A DNA stretch of 63,210 bases, counting the filler, from an uncultured Methanospirillum sp. (GTDB taxonomy: Archaea > Halobacteriota > Methanomicrobia > Methanomicrobiales > Methanospirillaceae): the NCBI GenBank assembly GCA_964637135.1. It is 3 parts of 3 records of this genome, joined end to end, with 100 filler letters (N's around TTAATTAATTAA, not from the genome) between each part and the next. Parts side by side here need not be neighbours in the genome. Positions count along the whole stretch, not along the records: positions 28,012 to 53,255 come from CAZWTX010000036.1; positions 53,356 to 63,210 come from CAZWTX010000050.1; 1 more part is not named here. One strand, written 5' to 3'. Each line of letters starts with the position of its first letter. Within the stretch, counting starts at the first letter, position 1. The translations under genes and the position numbers were made by a program. Shown piece by piece: positions 51,392 through 61,558 of this stretch. A model generated the notes under the pieces. It searched no databases and was not told the DNA's origin. It saw nothing but the letters and a program-made list of their open reading frames with translations.

Positions 51392-51918
51392 TCGGGATTA
51401 ACCGAGAGGAGGAACCGGTACGACTCGTATGCCTCATCCCATCTCCCGAGGGTTTCAAGACAGAGGGCACGGTGATACCAGGCATCGGCATAATAAGGAT
51501 TCCTGGCGATCGCCCGGTCAAACTCCTCAATCGCGGCTTCACATTTCCCGGCATCGGCATAGGCCATCCCCCATTGGTAATAGGTTTCTGCAGACTCGTT
51601 ATTGCCCAGACTGGCGGTTTCTTCCGGGGTTACCGGAGTTGTCGGTTTCACGGTAATAGTCCGGACAGGTGTCACTCCCGTCTGAACCGGTGTCACAGCC
51701 GGTTGATCAACAGGAGGTTTCACCTCAGGTTCTTTTGTGTGGATAGGGGCGATGGTGATCTTCGGATCAGGGGATTCAGTCTCACCGGGAGCCGGTGCAT
51801 CCACTGATACCTGAGCGGGGGCCGGAGTAGCGTCAGCCGCAGATACCGGCCCCTGCCCGATTATTAAAATAAACAGCAGAACCAGCATTATGACCCGACA
51901 CCAGGAAATGCTGTTCAT
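51392..51918 (-). CDS. signal peptide, Pro/Thr-rich linker and TPR repeats (3' end in gap); probably the N-terminus of the DAC gene
   Basis: MLVLLFILIIGQGPVSA signal peptide, PVT-rich stretch, AETYYQWGMAY and ADAWYHRALCL TPR repeats. Confidence 0.8.
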
Positions 51919-52035
51919 GGTACTTATAGCGCCTTTAAGAGAGATAAATATGGTCTCACCAGCAGTCAGTATCCGGTTATTTCATCTGTTTCTGGTATTT
52001 TAAAGCCCGGATGACCCGGGCATCAGTATTCACAT

Positions 52036-53255
52036 TCAGGCAAAGCCGGCCACAATGATGTGATCAGAGGTGACATTGGTAAACCGGTATTCATATACCG
52101 GGGACCGGGAAATGCCGTCTACCATCAGTGATGTCATTTTCTTTCCGTCATGCGGGGTCATGATAAAAGCTACCGACTCACCATCCTTTACCGATACGGA
52201 TCCTTCAGGGAAGATGGAACCTCCGGGACCTGACGATGCCGAGATGACATGTCCGGCTGTCATCGTACCGTCTGCCGCATTGGTCAGAACGATAGACCCG
52301 GTATCCGGGGTCGTATTCGCATGTTCATACACACTGAAGACAGAACCAACGGCAGAACCATTCTGTGTAACCACCGGTTCAGGTATCATGGTCTGAACTG
52401 ATACAGATTCGTTCAGATTGAAAGCCGGTTCACCTGTTGGAACCGTGGTAACCGGGAAGGAGAACGCTGTTGAATCCGGAACCGGTGCAGATTCTGGGGC
52501 AGCTGCTATCTGTTCGGGCTGTTGCCATACCGTGATGACCACGGTCTCGTCTGCTTTCGGATAGGAATCTATGGTACCGCTAGCCGGCATGTATCCGGGA
52601 GCCTGGATAATCCAGCTGACATAGACCTGTGGTTCGGCTGGTACCGGGACGGTTAGATTTCGCTCGCTTGACGGATCAAGTATGACATCGGTTCCTGCAG
52701 AGGTCTTCAGCGTAACCGAGGAACCAGGATTGAGGGGAGTAAACATGAGGTATCCAATCCCGGGGGAAGGAAGAAGAACCGGTGAAGGTGTCTGGTTAAT
52801 GGACGGGACGGTTTCCTCAACCTGGGCCGTTATCTGGAACGCCGGTTCGACCTCGTCAACGGCGAATGCGTTTGTCACCGATTCGTTCATCATGGAGAGA
52901 ATCCTGCTCGTGTTTCCGGAGGCGGTGGAATTATTCTCATCTGTACCCGCTTCACTGGTCACGGCGGTGAAGTTTCCTGATACCTGGGACGTGTTGCTCA
53001 CATTTGCCGGAAGGGTCTGAACGGAACCCATGTCGGTGTTGTTCCCGTCAGCAGGTTCAGACAGGAGATCTGTAGGTACACTCTCATTTGATTCCGTTTC
53101 TGAGTCATTTCCGCTATCAGGAAGAGCGGGGATAATCGGCACATGAAGCGGGGCCGGTCCTTTCTCAGCACTCTGGTGAAGGGGCAGGTAATCGGTGTTA
53201 TAATCATTGATGACAATGGGTTCATCGCAGATGCCATACCCGTCCACATCATCTG
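52036..53255 (-). CDS. acidic Pro/Thr/Ser-rich surface protein with PEGA-like and C-terminal B-repeat-like domains (5' truncated)
   Basis: APGYMPASG, ISASSGPGGSIFPEG...YRFTNVTSDHIIVAGF; many sequons. Confidence 0.7.
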
Positions 53256-53355
53256 NNNNNNNNNNNNNNNNNNNNNNNNNNNNNNNNNNNNNNNNNNNNT
53301 TAATTAATTAANNNNNNNNNNNNNNNNNNNNNNNNNNNNNNNNNNNNNNNNNNNN
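53256..53355. other. assembly gap with TTAATTAATTAA contig linker
   Basis: N-run containing a six-frame stop linker. Confidence 0.98.
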
Positions 53356-53546
53356 GGAATCATTCCAACATGATGGAACCGCTCACTACTTATAACAGGT
53401 ACCTGATCCCGGATTCCATCGGCTGTAGGTGTGCCCGAGGGCTGAGAAAGAAGGATCGGGATGGCATATAGCATCATAAGATTTATTATATAAGCCTGTC
53501 TGCCTTTGTTCTTCACTCTGCCGTATGAATACCAAAAAAAGGGGAA

Positions 53547-54905
53547 TTATCTCAGGAATGGACGGATACAGCCAAGTATCTCTTCTTCAAGAACACGGGC
53601 AATTGATTCGGTAGCTGCTTCAACATATAATCTTACAAAGGGCTCGGTTCCCGAGGGACGAATGAGTGCCCATACCTGTTCCCGATCGATCCTGACCCCG
53701 TCAGCCAGAACAAGACGGTCACCGGAGAACTGTATCTGTACCGCTTTCAGCATCTCCCCGGCCTTGTCAGTGAACAATTTCTGTTTGAGCATGATCGACG
53801 GGGAAAGATGATCAGCCAGCAGGGATAACGGCTCCTTACTCATGGACAGGAGCGATACCATCATGGCCGCGGTCATGCCTCCATCACGACAGAACTGGTG
53901 ATCCGGATAAATGAGACCACCGTTTCCTTCTCCTCCGAAGATGACCGGTTTTCCCTCGTCAAGAAGTGCCCGCATCCGCCTGGCCACGTAGATACTGCCA
54001 ACCGCGGTATAATCAACGACACAGCCATGTTTCGTGGCAATCTCTTCGATCAGTCGCGTACTGCTGACCGGGGTGACGATGATCCCGCTCTTTCCTGAAC
54101 AGATCGCATCGGCGATAAGGGCCAGCTCATGGTTTTCTTCAAGAAACCGTCCCAGGTCATCGATAAATACAGCACGGTCAGCGTCCCCGTCATGGGCTAC
54201 GCCGAATGCTGCCCCGGTCAGTTTTACCATTTCCGCAAGGGGAACCAGACCAGACACCGATGGTTCAGGATCCCGTGCAGGGAAGGTTCCGTCAGCCTGG
54301 GCATTCAGGGTGAATACCCTGCATCCAAGCTTTTGCAGGATTTTTGCGGTTGTCTGATATGCCGCTCCGCAGCCGGGGTCGACGACAACCGTCATCTCGG
54401 ACCCGATTCCCGGGTTGAACGCATTGACAACCGCCGACACATACAGTTCGGTGAGATCACCGGCAGCGATCTCACACCCGACTCCTTTCCAGTCCTGGCA
54501 GTCAAAGGTGTTGCTGAATACCCGCTCTTCAATCAGGATGGCGTTCTCATCTGCCATCTCCGTGCCGTCCGGTTCAATAACCTTGACTCCGTTGTATGTT
54601 CCCGGATTATGGGAGGCAGTGATCATGATGCCGGCAGCATACTGGTTCATGACAATATACTGGAGGGCAGGTGTCGGGAGAATACCACAATCCACGACGT
54701 CACACCCGACCGCCATGAGACCGGCCTTTGCTGCATGAATCAGGGCCGGTCCCGAGGTCCGGCTGTCACGTCCGACGGCGATACGGCCCTTTCGCATCGA
54801 ACCGACCGCCATTGCGATCTTCATCACCAGTTCAGGGGTTATCAGTTCACCGACGATTCCCCTGACACCATTCGTTCCAAAGAGTTGTTTCTTCTGTTCA
54901 GTCAT
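53547..54905 (-). CDS. glmM: phosphoglucosamine mutase / phosphomannomutase
   Basis: LFGTNGVRG, ITASHNP, HDGDADR, GEGNGG, RPSGTEP. Confidence 0.9.
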   Translation of the reverse strand: MTEQKKQLFGTNGVRGIVGELITPELVMKIAMAVGSMRKGRIAVGRDSRTSGPALIHAAKAGLMAVGCDVVDCGILPTPALQYIVMNQYAAGIMITASHNPGTYNGVKVIEPDGTEMADENAILIEERVFSNTFDCQDWKGVGCEIAAGDLTELYVSAVVNAFNPGIGSEMTVVVDPGCGAAYQTTAKILQKLGCRVFTLNAQADGTFPARDPEPSVSGLVPLAEMVKLTGAAFGVAHDGDADRAVFIDDLGRFLEENHELALIADAICSGKSGIIVTPVSSTRLIEEIATKHGCVVDYTAVGSIYVARRMRALLDEGKPVIFGGEGNGGLIYPDHQFCRDGGMTAAMMVSLLSMSKEPLSLLADHLSPSIMLKQKLFTDKAGEMLKAVQIQFSGDRLVLADGVRIDREQVWALIRPSGTEPFVRLYVEAATESIARVLEEEILGCIRPFLR

Positions 54906-55521
54906 CGGTTTCACCATGATCATCCGGATCGATCAGGGGCTCTTCATCCCCGTCGTTCTCATCGGCGGTTGACTCCTTTGTTCCCGATCTCCGTCGTTCC
55001 TGTTTCTCCCGTTGTTGTTCTTCCCGGATCTTCAGCAATCGCGCTGATGCTTCCGCAACATGCCGCATCACCTCGGTAACCCGGTCCTCAACCTCTATCT
55101 CCTCGTCAACACCGAGGGTGGTGCTCTCGATCTCCAGGAGAAAACGAGCAACCTCGCTTGCTTCAAAGAGGAGGGTATCGAGTTCCTCCGGCGTGTAAAA
55201 TCCGCACATTGCACCGTACAGAAAGGTTGCACCTGCTTTGTTCACTTTTTTCTTGAATGAACTGCGTGCCTGGTTAACCGCCTGGGGCGAATACGTACCG
55301 GTCATAAACGGAACCAGTTCAGGAAGATTTCTGCCGATAAAAGTCATTTCTGCCCCGGATGACGTCTGAAAATCAGCACAGAGACGGGATATCGCCCATT
55401 CTCTCGCAGTAATGAAGGTGCGTCTCCGGAGGAACTGGTTCACCTGCTGATATGACGCGCCATCCACCTTTTTAAACTTATGATACTTTGTGGGATCATG
55501 AGACTGGTGTGTAACCGCCAT
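54898..55521 (-). CDS. conserved euryarchaeal hypothetical protein (DUF5806-like)
   Basis: KFKKVDGASY, FITAREWAI, LPELVPFM. Confidence 0.7.
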   Translation of the reverse strand: MAVTHQSHDPTKYHKFKKVDGASYQQVNQFLRRRTFITAREWAISRLCADFQTSSGAEMTFIGRNLPELVPFMTGTYSPQAVNQARSSFKKKVNKAGATFLYGAMCGFYTPEELDTLLFEASEVARFLLEIESTTLGVDEEIEVEDRVTEVMRHVAEASARLLKIREEQQREKQERRRSGTKESTADENDGDEEPLIDPDDHGETDD

Positions 55522-55641
55522 TCATGTATGCGTATTCCGGTAAAAGGAGATAAGGACTGACATGTGGATTTTCATCCGCTGACAAGTACAGACAGGTTTA
55601 TCCCTTCAACCGTGTATTTATGTGAGGGAGTCATCCCGATT

Positions 55642-55714
55642 GCCCAGATAGTGTAGTGGCCTATCATGTCGGCCTGTCACGCCGACGACTCGGATTCGAA
55701 TTCCGATCTGGGCG
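55642..55714 (+). tRNA. tRNA-Asp(GTC)
   Basis: GCCCAGA...TCGGC-CTGTCAC-GCCGA...TCGGA-TTCGAAT-TCCGA-TCTGGGC-G. Confidence 0.96.
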
Positions 55715-55715
55715 T

Positions 55716-55738
55716 CCTGTTTTTTTATTATTTTTCTT
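55716..55738 (+). terminator. oligo-T terminator after tRNA-Asp
   Basis: CCTGTTTTTTTATTATTTTTCTT. Confidence 0.65.
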
Positions 55739-55982
55739 GAGATAAAAAAGGAGAGAGATCTATGCCGTTTTCCCTCCCTTCAGAGGGCATATCTTTTCCA
55801 TCCTGGGGGATTTATTGTATCCGGCTTGGGATTGGTTTCCGGGCCGCTGCATTGTTCTGGTGAGAGGTTCTGATCACGTGAGAAATATCTCCCCGAATTG
55901 CCTGAACCGTGCATATTCCAGCAGGTTTCATCATCAGGCTCGTACTGGCCGCAATTCACGACCATTCACCAGGAAAAAAAGA

Positions 55983-56681
55983 TCAGGAGAGGAGCTGGCC
56001 GACCAGGATACCGGCAAGGGCTGCAGCAAGGGCGATCCCAATCGTCTCAAGGACCGTGCGGAAAAGATTCCGGTTTCCAAGCCTGGCCCGTCCGATACCC
56101 AGGAGAATCAGCAGAAGGCTTGTTATCACGATACAGACGATCCATGCCGTCTCAATGGGAAGAAAGACGAACGGGATGACCGGCGTTAGACCGGCACAGA
56201 GATCAGAGATGAACATCCAGAACGAATGGATGACCGGCGAGGTCTTTTGCTCGGCAGTTGCCATATCTGACGAGACTGCCTGCTCTATCGGCGATATGAG
56301 GAGCGGATTGCCTTCGAGATCCTTCCGGATTGTCTCAATCGTTGCAGGACTCAGTCCCGTTCCGCTGATCTGGCTGATAAAGACCTGAATGGAACCCGTT
56401 GGATCCTTCCGGATCTCTTCCTCCCGTTCAAGTACCTCGATCCGTGCCTCATCAGTCTGTGATTCCAGTTCAAGGAAACAACCTGCCATCATGGAGACAG
56501 ATGCCGCAATGGCACCAGTCGCCCCGGCAAGGACCACGGCGTCTCCCGAACTTGCACCTGCGGTCACACCAAGCACCAGACCGAGAATGGAAACCGTACC
56601 GTCTTCCATGCCAAAGACGATCTCCCCTCCGGAAGCGGTGAGGGAGTCTTTCAGTTTTTGTATGATTGAACCTTCTGTCAT
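55983..56681 (-). CDS. VIT1/CCC1 family Fe/Mn exporter
   Basis: IVFGMEDG, SMMAGCFL, acidic loop, five TM segments. Confidence 0.88.
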   Translation of the reverse strand: MTEGSIIQKLKDSLTASGGEIVFGMEDGTVSILGLVLGVTAGASSGDAVVLAGATGAIAASVSMMAGCFLELESQTDEARIEVLEREEEIRKDPTGSIQVFISQISGTGLSPATIETIRKDLEGNPLLISPIEQAVSSDMATAEQKTSPVIHSFWMFISDLCAGLTPVIPFVFLPIETAWIVCIVITSLLLILLGIGRARLGNRNLFRTVLETIGIALAAALAGILVGQLLS

Positions 56682-56844
56682 GATAATAATCCGGGAACTG
56701 TGCTAAAAATCCCAAAGACGTTTCTCTTCCTCCCTGATGAAGTTAATGACACCAATCCGGGATAAAGGCCGAAAACTCACATAAAGGAGGGTTTTACCAA
56801 TTTCCAGCGGAAATCCTTTCTACGGATCACCCGGCATATATACT

Positions 56845-57663
56845 ATGGTCTTTGTTCCCCGGTTTGGAGCCGGGTGTCTCTCTTCTTCACCGGAAGTCTT
56901 CCAGAACCGGATGGATATGGTCAGGGAAGGTGCCAGTGTTCATACCCAGCTGATGATCATTCCTGAGGAACGGAGTGCCTTTGAGAACCATCTTGAACTC
57001 TACGAGACCTGTGCAGGCACTATCCGGGTCCATGCCCCCCACCATACGCAGCACGTGAACCCCTGCGAACCCGGACTTTATGCCTCAGGTCTGGCGCTGC
57101 CGGTCACCGAGCATATCGAGATGGCAATGCAGCAGACCCTTGAGGCTGCAGACCGGACCGGATCACCATTCATCATCCTTCATGCCGGCAGGTATACCGA
57201 AGGAACTGCACCGGAAGCAATTGCCCGGTTTCATGCATTCCTCGACCAGTACCCTGACCCCCGGTACATCCTCGAGACCCTGCCGATCCTCAATTGCGGG
57301 CATCCGCTGCTTGGAATCACTCCGGGTGAACTGCTCACGCTCTCGGATGGAAAGATCCAACGGTTCTGCCACGACCTTCCCCATATCTTCTGTACCTCCC
57401 AGGCACTCGGCATTCCGTACGAGGCGTTTCTCAGTTCATTCGATGCCGTTCCCGCTTCATTCTTCCACCTCTCAGGCACCCCGGGGACCGGTACCGATAT
57501 CCAGCATCTCCCTCTTGACGATCCGGGAAACATTCTCCCGCATGCCCCGGCTAAAGCCTGTTTTGCCCGGCATCCGGAGATTGAAGTGAGTATCGAGATC
57601 GCGAACGATGATCCGGCAGTCGTGCGTGCCGAGCTCGGGTACGCGAAGTCACGGTTCTCCTGA
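56845..57663 (+). CDS. xylose isomerase/AP endonuclease 2-like TIM-barrel metalloprotein
   Basis: VHAPH, ILHAG, ILET, DLPH, FHLSG, QHLPL, SIE. Confidence 0.7.
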   Translation: MVFVPRFGAGCLSSSPEVFQNRMDMVREGASVHTQLMIIPEERSAFENHLELYETCAGTIRVHAPHHTQHVNPCEPGLYASGLALPVTEHIEMAMQQTLEAADRTGSPFIILHAGRYTEGTAPEAIARFHAFLDQYPDPRYILETLPILNCGHPLLGITPGELLTLSDGKIQRFCHDLPHIFCTSQALGIPYEAFLSSFDAVPASFFHLSGTPGTGTDIQHLPLDDPGNILPHAPAKACFARHPEIEVSIEIANDDPAVVRAELGYAKSRFS

Positions 57664-57717
57664 ACCCCCCCTTTTGTACAGCTGACCAGATCGCTATCAT
57701 GGAACTGGCAGATCAAG

Positions 57718-57745
57718 CTTTCGCAGAATAGGTATTCTACGAAAT
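57718..57745. other. putative dif-like Xer recombination site (11-6-11)
   Basis: CTTTCGCAGAA-TAGGTA-TTCTACGAAAT, 33 bp upstream of xerA; arms are near-perfect inverted repeats. Confidence 0.6.
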
Positions 57746-57778
57746 CCTTATCAAAATAAAAATTAATAGATTTAATAA

Positions 57779-58687
57779 GTGGATAGCGATTATTTCTCAG
57801 AATGGATCCCCCGTTTTATCCAGTATCTGAAAATGCGCAATTATTCGCAGAAAACGCTCACCAGTTATGAGCGGACGCTCCGAAGATTCGGCCAGTACAT
57901 CTGGCTCTCGCGGACCTCACAAGGGGATCTCACAAGGGGATGGAACCAGAAAGAGATCCTGCGGCTTGAAACACCGGTCATGGTAACGGCCGGAGAGATC
58001 CATGAATATCTCTCGTTCCTCACCGGGCTTCATCCGTACCATGCCACCACGCTCAACCGGATCCTCTCGTCCCTCTCCTCGTTTTACCGGTACCTGATGA
58101 TGCAGGATCTCATCCCGGCAAACCCGGTCCCCCGGGTGGACCGGCCGAAAGTGAAAGAACAGGAACTCAGGTACCTCAAGCACAGCCAGGTGATCAGGCT
58201 CCTGAATACCATCCCGGAACCGCGTGACCGGCTCATCGTGAGGATCATCTATGCTACCGGGGTGCGGGTCTCAGAACTGTGTTCAATCAATGTCGAGGAC
58301 ATCGATCTCGACGATCAGACCATCCGGGTCAAGGGAAAAGGAGGGAAAATCAGGGTTGTATTCGTTGATGATGAGACACTTGATGAGATCGGGGATCTTG
58401 TCGGCAACCGGCTCGAGGGCCCCCTCTTCATCGGTCAGCAGAAGCATCACATCTCACCACGCACTGTCCAGCTGATATTCAGGCGGTATGCCCCTGACGG
58501 AATCACTCCCCACAAGATCAGGCATAGTTATGCAAGCGAACTCTACCGGCGATCAAAGAACCTCAGGGTCGTGCAGGAGAACCTCGGCCATGCCTCGATC
58601 AAAACCACAGAAGTGTACCTCCATACCGATATTGACGAACGCCGGCAGGTCTACCGGGATTTCTTCCCCCTTGCACGAAGAACGTAA
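57779..58687 (+). CDS. xerA: XerA-type tyrosine recombinase
   Basis: SAM-like N-domain, YATGVRVSEL, KGKGGK, TPHKIRHSYA, LGHASIKTTEVY (R-K-H-R-H-Y intact). Confidence 0.88.
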   Translation: MDSDYFSEWIPRFIQYLKMRNYSQKTLTSYERTLRRFGQYIWLSRTSQGDLTRGWNQKEILRLETPVMVTAGEIHEYLSFLTGLHPYHATTLNRILSSLSSFYRYLMMQDLIPANPVPRVDRPKVKEQELRYLKHSQVIRLLNTIPEPRDRLIVRIIYATGVRVSELCSINVEDIDLDDQTIRVKGKGGKIRVVFVDDETLDEIGDLVGNRLEGPLFIGQQKHHISPRTVQLIFRRYAPDGITPHKIRHSYASELYRRSKNLRVVQENLGHASIKTTEVYLHTDIDERRQVYRDFFPLARRT

Positions 58688-58835
58688 CCTGGCTGGTGCA
58701 GATTGGTTCTCCTCTTCCCGTGTTCATGGTGATCCCGCCCAGACCATCAGCCAACACGCAGGAAGAGGATATATTCGAGCACGGATAATGTATAGGAGGC
58801 TGCTGAATTATCCCGCTGATATATCAGTACCAGTT

Positions 58836-58908
58836 ACTCCCGTAGTGTAGCGGTCAATCATACCGGATTTTGGTTCCGATGACGACGGTTCGACTCCGTC
58901 CGGGAGTA
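58836..58908 (+). tRNA. tRNA-Gln(TTG)
   Basis: ACTCCCG...CCGGA-TTTTGGT-TCCGA...GACGG-TTCGACT-CCGTC-CGGGAGT-A; A1-U72 pair typical of archaeal tRNA-Gln. Confidence 0.94.
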
Positions 58909-58967
58909 TCAGGCGAGCACAACTCTTATCTGGTCGCTCGGTTCAATCACCTATCACCACTACTGAT

Positions 58968-61160
58968 GTGTTTTTTATGATAGGAATCCGATGGATCGAT
59001 TTCGATCATATTCCGGACCGGCTCTCCGGTCTGATCGACCTTTCTTATAATCTCTGGTCTTCCTGGCACCCGGAAGCCCAGCTCCTCTTCAAGAATCTGA
59101 ACCGGCAGGGCTGGAAAGAGAGCATTCACAACCCGGTCCTCATGCTTCAGCAGATGCCGGCCGATCTCCTGAAAGAATCATCAGAAACACATGAGTATAC
59201 AAATAGTTACGACACGGTGATCGCAAAGTTCCAGCGGTATATGCTCGCGAAGAACCGGTGGTTCAGCGAGTATTACCCGGAACTGCAGAAACATAAAATT
59301 GCCTATTTTTCAGCTGAATACGGCCTTCAGCATTCACTTCCATTTTATGCCGGCGGACTCGGGTTTCTTGCCGGGGATCATCTCAAGGAATGCAGCGATC
59401 TTGGGGTGCCGGTTGTTGCAATCGGGTTCATGTATTCTGACGGGTATCTCCACCAGCGGATACGGAACGACGGATGGCAGGAAGATATCGAAGAGAAACT
59501 CGACCGGGACAATGCCCCGATCAAGCGGGTGATGAACCGGGAAGGAGACCAGCTCATCCTTCAGGTGCCGTATATCACTCCCGAGATACGATTCGCCCTT
59601 TGGCGGGTTGATATCGGCAGGGTAATTTTGTACCTGATAGACACCGAGATCGAAGAGAATCCACCACACCTCCGGAGTATCAGCAGCAGGTTGTACAGCA
59701 GCAACAACGAGATGCGGCTGCTCCAGGAGATCGTGCTCGGGGTGGGCGGAACCCATGCCCTTGAGTATCTCGATATCAATTATTCGGCGATACACCTGAA
59801 CGAGGGACACGCTGCCTTTGCCCTGATTGAACGGTTCAGGCAGATGACCCGGGAGGGGGTGCCGGTGGAAGAGGCACTCAGACAGGTGAAGGAGACATCA
59901 ATTTTTACCACCCATACCCCGGTCCCGGCAGGCCACGACAAGTTCCCGGTCTGGATGATAGATAAGTACTTCTCCCAGTACTATGCCACCCTTGCATTGA
60001 AACGCGAGGATTTTCTGAAAGCCGGATACCACGAGGAAGATCCCCATGATCACTTCAACATGGCGGCATTCTGTCTGCGGATGTCCGGGTATGCGAACGG
60101 AGTGAGCAGGAAACACGGTGAGGTATCGAGACGGATGTGGCACTTCCTCTGGCCCGATGTGAGGCTTGATGACATCCCGATCGGCTCGGTCACGAACGGT
60201 GTCCATGTTCCTACCTGGATTAATCCAAAACTCGTCCAGCTAATCAACCGGTATCTCTCGCCGGTCTGTCCGGACTGGTTTGAACATCATGATAAGGATT
60301 TCGTATGGGCACTTATCGACCAGGTTCCGGATGAAAAACTCTGGGAACTCCACTACAGCCTGAAAATAAAGCTCATTAACCGAATCCTCCAGTTCAAGCG
60401 GCTTGACTGGATGAAGTACCAGGCAGACTCTGCAAACGTGGTCGCCGGCGGGGCACTCATCGATCCTAATGCCCTCACCATCGGGTTTGCACGCCGATTC
60501 TCAACATACAAGCGTGCTGATCTTATCTTCGAGGATCTCGACCGTCTGAAGAGAATCCTGAATAATCCATGGAAACCGGTGCAGGTAATCTTTGCCGGAA
60601 AGGCACACCCTGCCGACGATGCCGGCAAACGGATCCTCCAACGGATCTACCAGTATGCACAGCAGCCGGAATTCGGCGGAAGGATTGCGTTTGTTGAAGA
60701 TTACGGAGAACAGATCGCGAAATACCTCGTGCAGGGAGTGGATGTCTGGCTGAATAACCCGGTCCCACCACAGGAAGCCTCGGGGACAAGCGGCATGAAG
60801 GCTGCGGCGAACGGTGTCATTAACCTCTCAATCGGTGACGGCTGGTGGCTGGAGGGATACAACGGGAAAAACGGCTGGATGTTTGGTAGGGAGAACCGGG
60901 AAGGAGACGACCGGTGGGAAGATGCCGTTGCCCTCTATACCACCCTCGAAGAAGAGGTAGTTCCCTTGTATTATGACGCCGGTCTTGATGGTATCCCGCA
61001 TGGATGGGTCAAAATGATGAAGGAGACCATCAAGAGCAATGCACCCCTTTTCTCAGCCCGCAGAATGGTAAAAGAGTATGTACACAAGTACTACGTGCCG
61101 GCGATGTCAAGTGCCGAGACCGATCTGAAAGCACAGGCACCTGACCAGAACCGGTTGTGA
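58968..61160 (+). CDS. glgP: alpha-glucan (glycogen) phosphorylase
   Basis: YAGGLGFLAGDH, HLNEGH, FARRFSTYKR, EASGTSGMK (PLP lysine); start may be 58977. Confidence 0.94.
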   Translation: MFFMIGIRWIDFDHIPDRLSGLIDLSYNLWSSWHPEAQLLFKNLNRQGWKESIHNPVLMLQQMPADLLKESSETHEYTNSYDTVIAKFQRYMLAKNRWFSEYYPELQKHKIAYFSAEYGLQHSLPFYAGGLGFLAGDHLKECSDLGVPVVAIGFMYSDGYLHQRIRNDGWQEDIEEKLDRDNAPIKRVMNREGDQLILQVPYITPEIRFALWRVDIGRVILYLIDTEIEENPPHLRSISSRLYSSNNEMRLLQEIVLGVGGTHALEYLDINYSAIHLNEGHAAFALIERFRQMTREGVPVEEALRQVKETSIFTTHTPVPAGHDKFPVWMIDKYFSQYYATLALKREDFLKAGYHEEDPHDHFNMAAFCLRMSGYANGVSRKHGEVSRRMWHFLWPDVRLDDIPIGSVTNGVHVPTWINPKLVQLINRYLSPVCPDWFEHHDKDFVWALIDQVPDEKLWELHYSLKIKLINRILQFKRLDWMKYQADSANVVAGGALIDPNALTIGFARRFSTYKRADLIFEDLDRLKRILNNPWKPVQVIFAGKAHPADDAGKRILQRIYQYAQQPEFGGRIAFVEDYGEQIAKYLVQGVDVWLNNPVPPQEASGTSGMKAAANGVINLSIGDGWWLEGYNGKNGWMFGRENREGDDRWEDAVALYTTLEEEVVPLYYDAGLDGIPHGWVKMMKETIKSNAPLFSARRMVKEYVHKYYVPAMSSAETDLKAQAPDQNRL

Positions 61161-61181
61161 GGGAATCCCGCTTCCCTCCGG

Positions 61182-61553
61182 TTATTCCCCTTCAGGAGAT
61201 CCGGCCCCGGTTGTCTCTTCAGCCTCGCTGATCGCGAGTTGGTACATCCAGTCAAGGAGAAGGTGACAATCATTCACCGAACACTCGAGATCACAGGCGA
61301 TACAGGGAATGAGTTCATCGCCAGCCATGAGACAGTGCGGATCTGCCGGGCCCTTCTGGGCAATGAGGCGGAAGGTCTTGATCCCTTCCTGCCGGTACTC
61401 GACCCGTTCGACCCGTCCTGAATCAAGCAGTTTCTTTACGATCCGTGAGCATTTCCGGCTGTCAACCCCAAGCATCTTCCAGAGTTCACTCTGGAGCACC
61501 CCGTCAGGAGAAGACGCGATGAGCCGGAAAGCATCCTCTTCTGTACCCGTCAT
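61182..61553 (-). CDS. winged-helix protein with C-terminal four-Cys cluster; TFE-beta/RPC34-like
   Basis: GVLQSELWKMLGVDSRKCSRIV wHTH plus PCIACDLECSVNDC; downstream of the Lsm gene. Confidence 0.7.
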   Translation of the reverse strand: MTGTEEDAFRLIASSPDGVLQSELWKMLGVDSRKCSRIVKKLLDSGRVERVEYRQEGIKTFRLIAQKGPADPHCLMAGDELIPCIACDLECSVNDCHLLLDWMYQLAISEAEETTGAGSPEGE

Positions 61554-61558
61554 CGTGA

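Noticed and set aside
53356..53516. Short minus-strand ORF running into the linker gap
   Set aside because: It may be a gene start behind the TATA-like tract near 53481-53492, but it is too short to call and cannot be joined across the linker.
57779..58687. Integron integrase
   Set aside because: The IntI-specific insertion before the HxxRH box is absent and no attC cassette array is seen.
55642..58908. Integrated element between tRNA-Asp and tRNA-Gln with a tyrosine recombinase
   Set aside because: No duplicated tRNA 3' end is visible, the cargo looks like housekeeping genes, and the recombinase is short and Xer-like.
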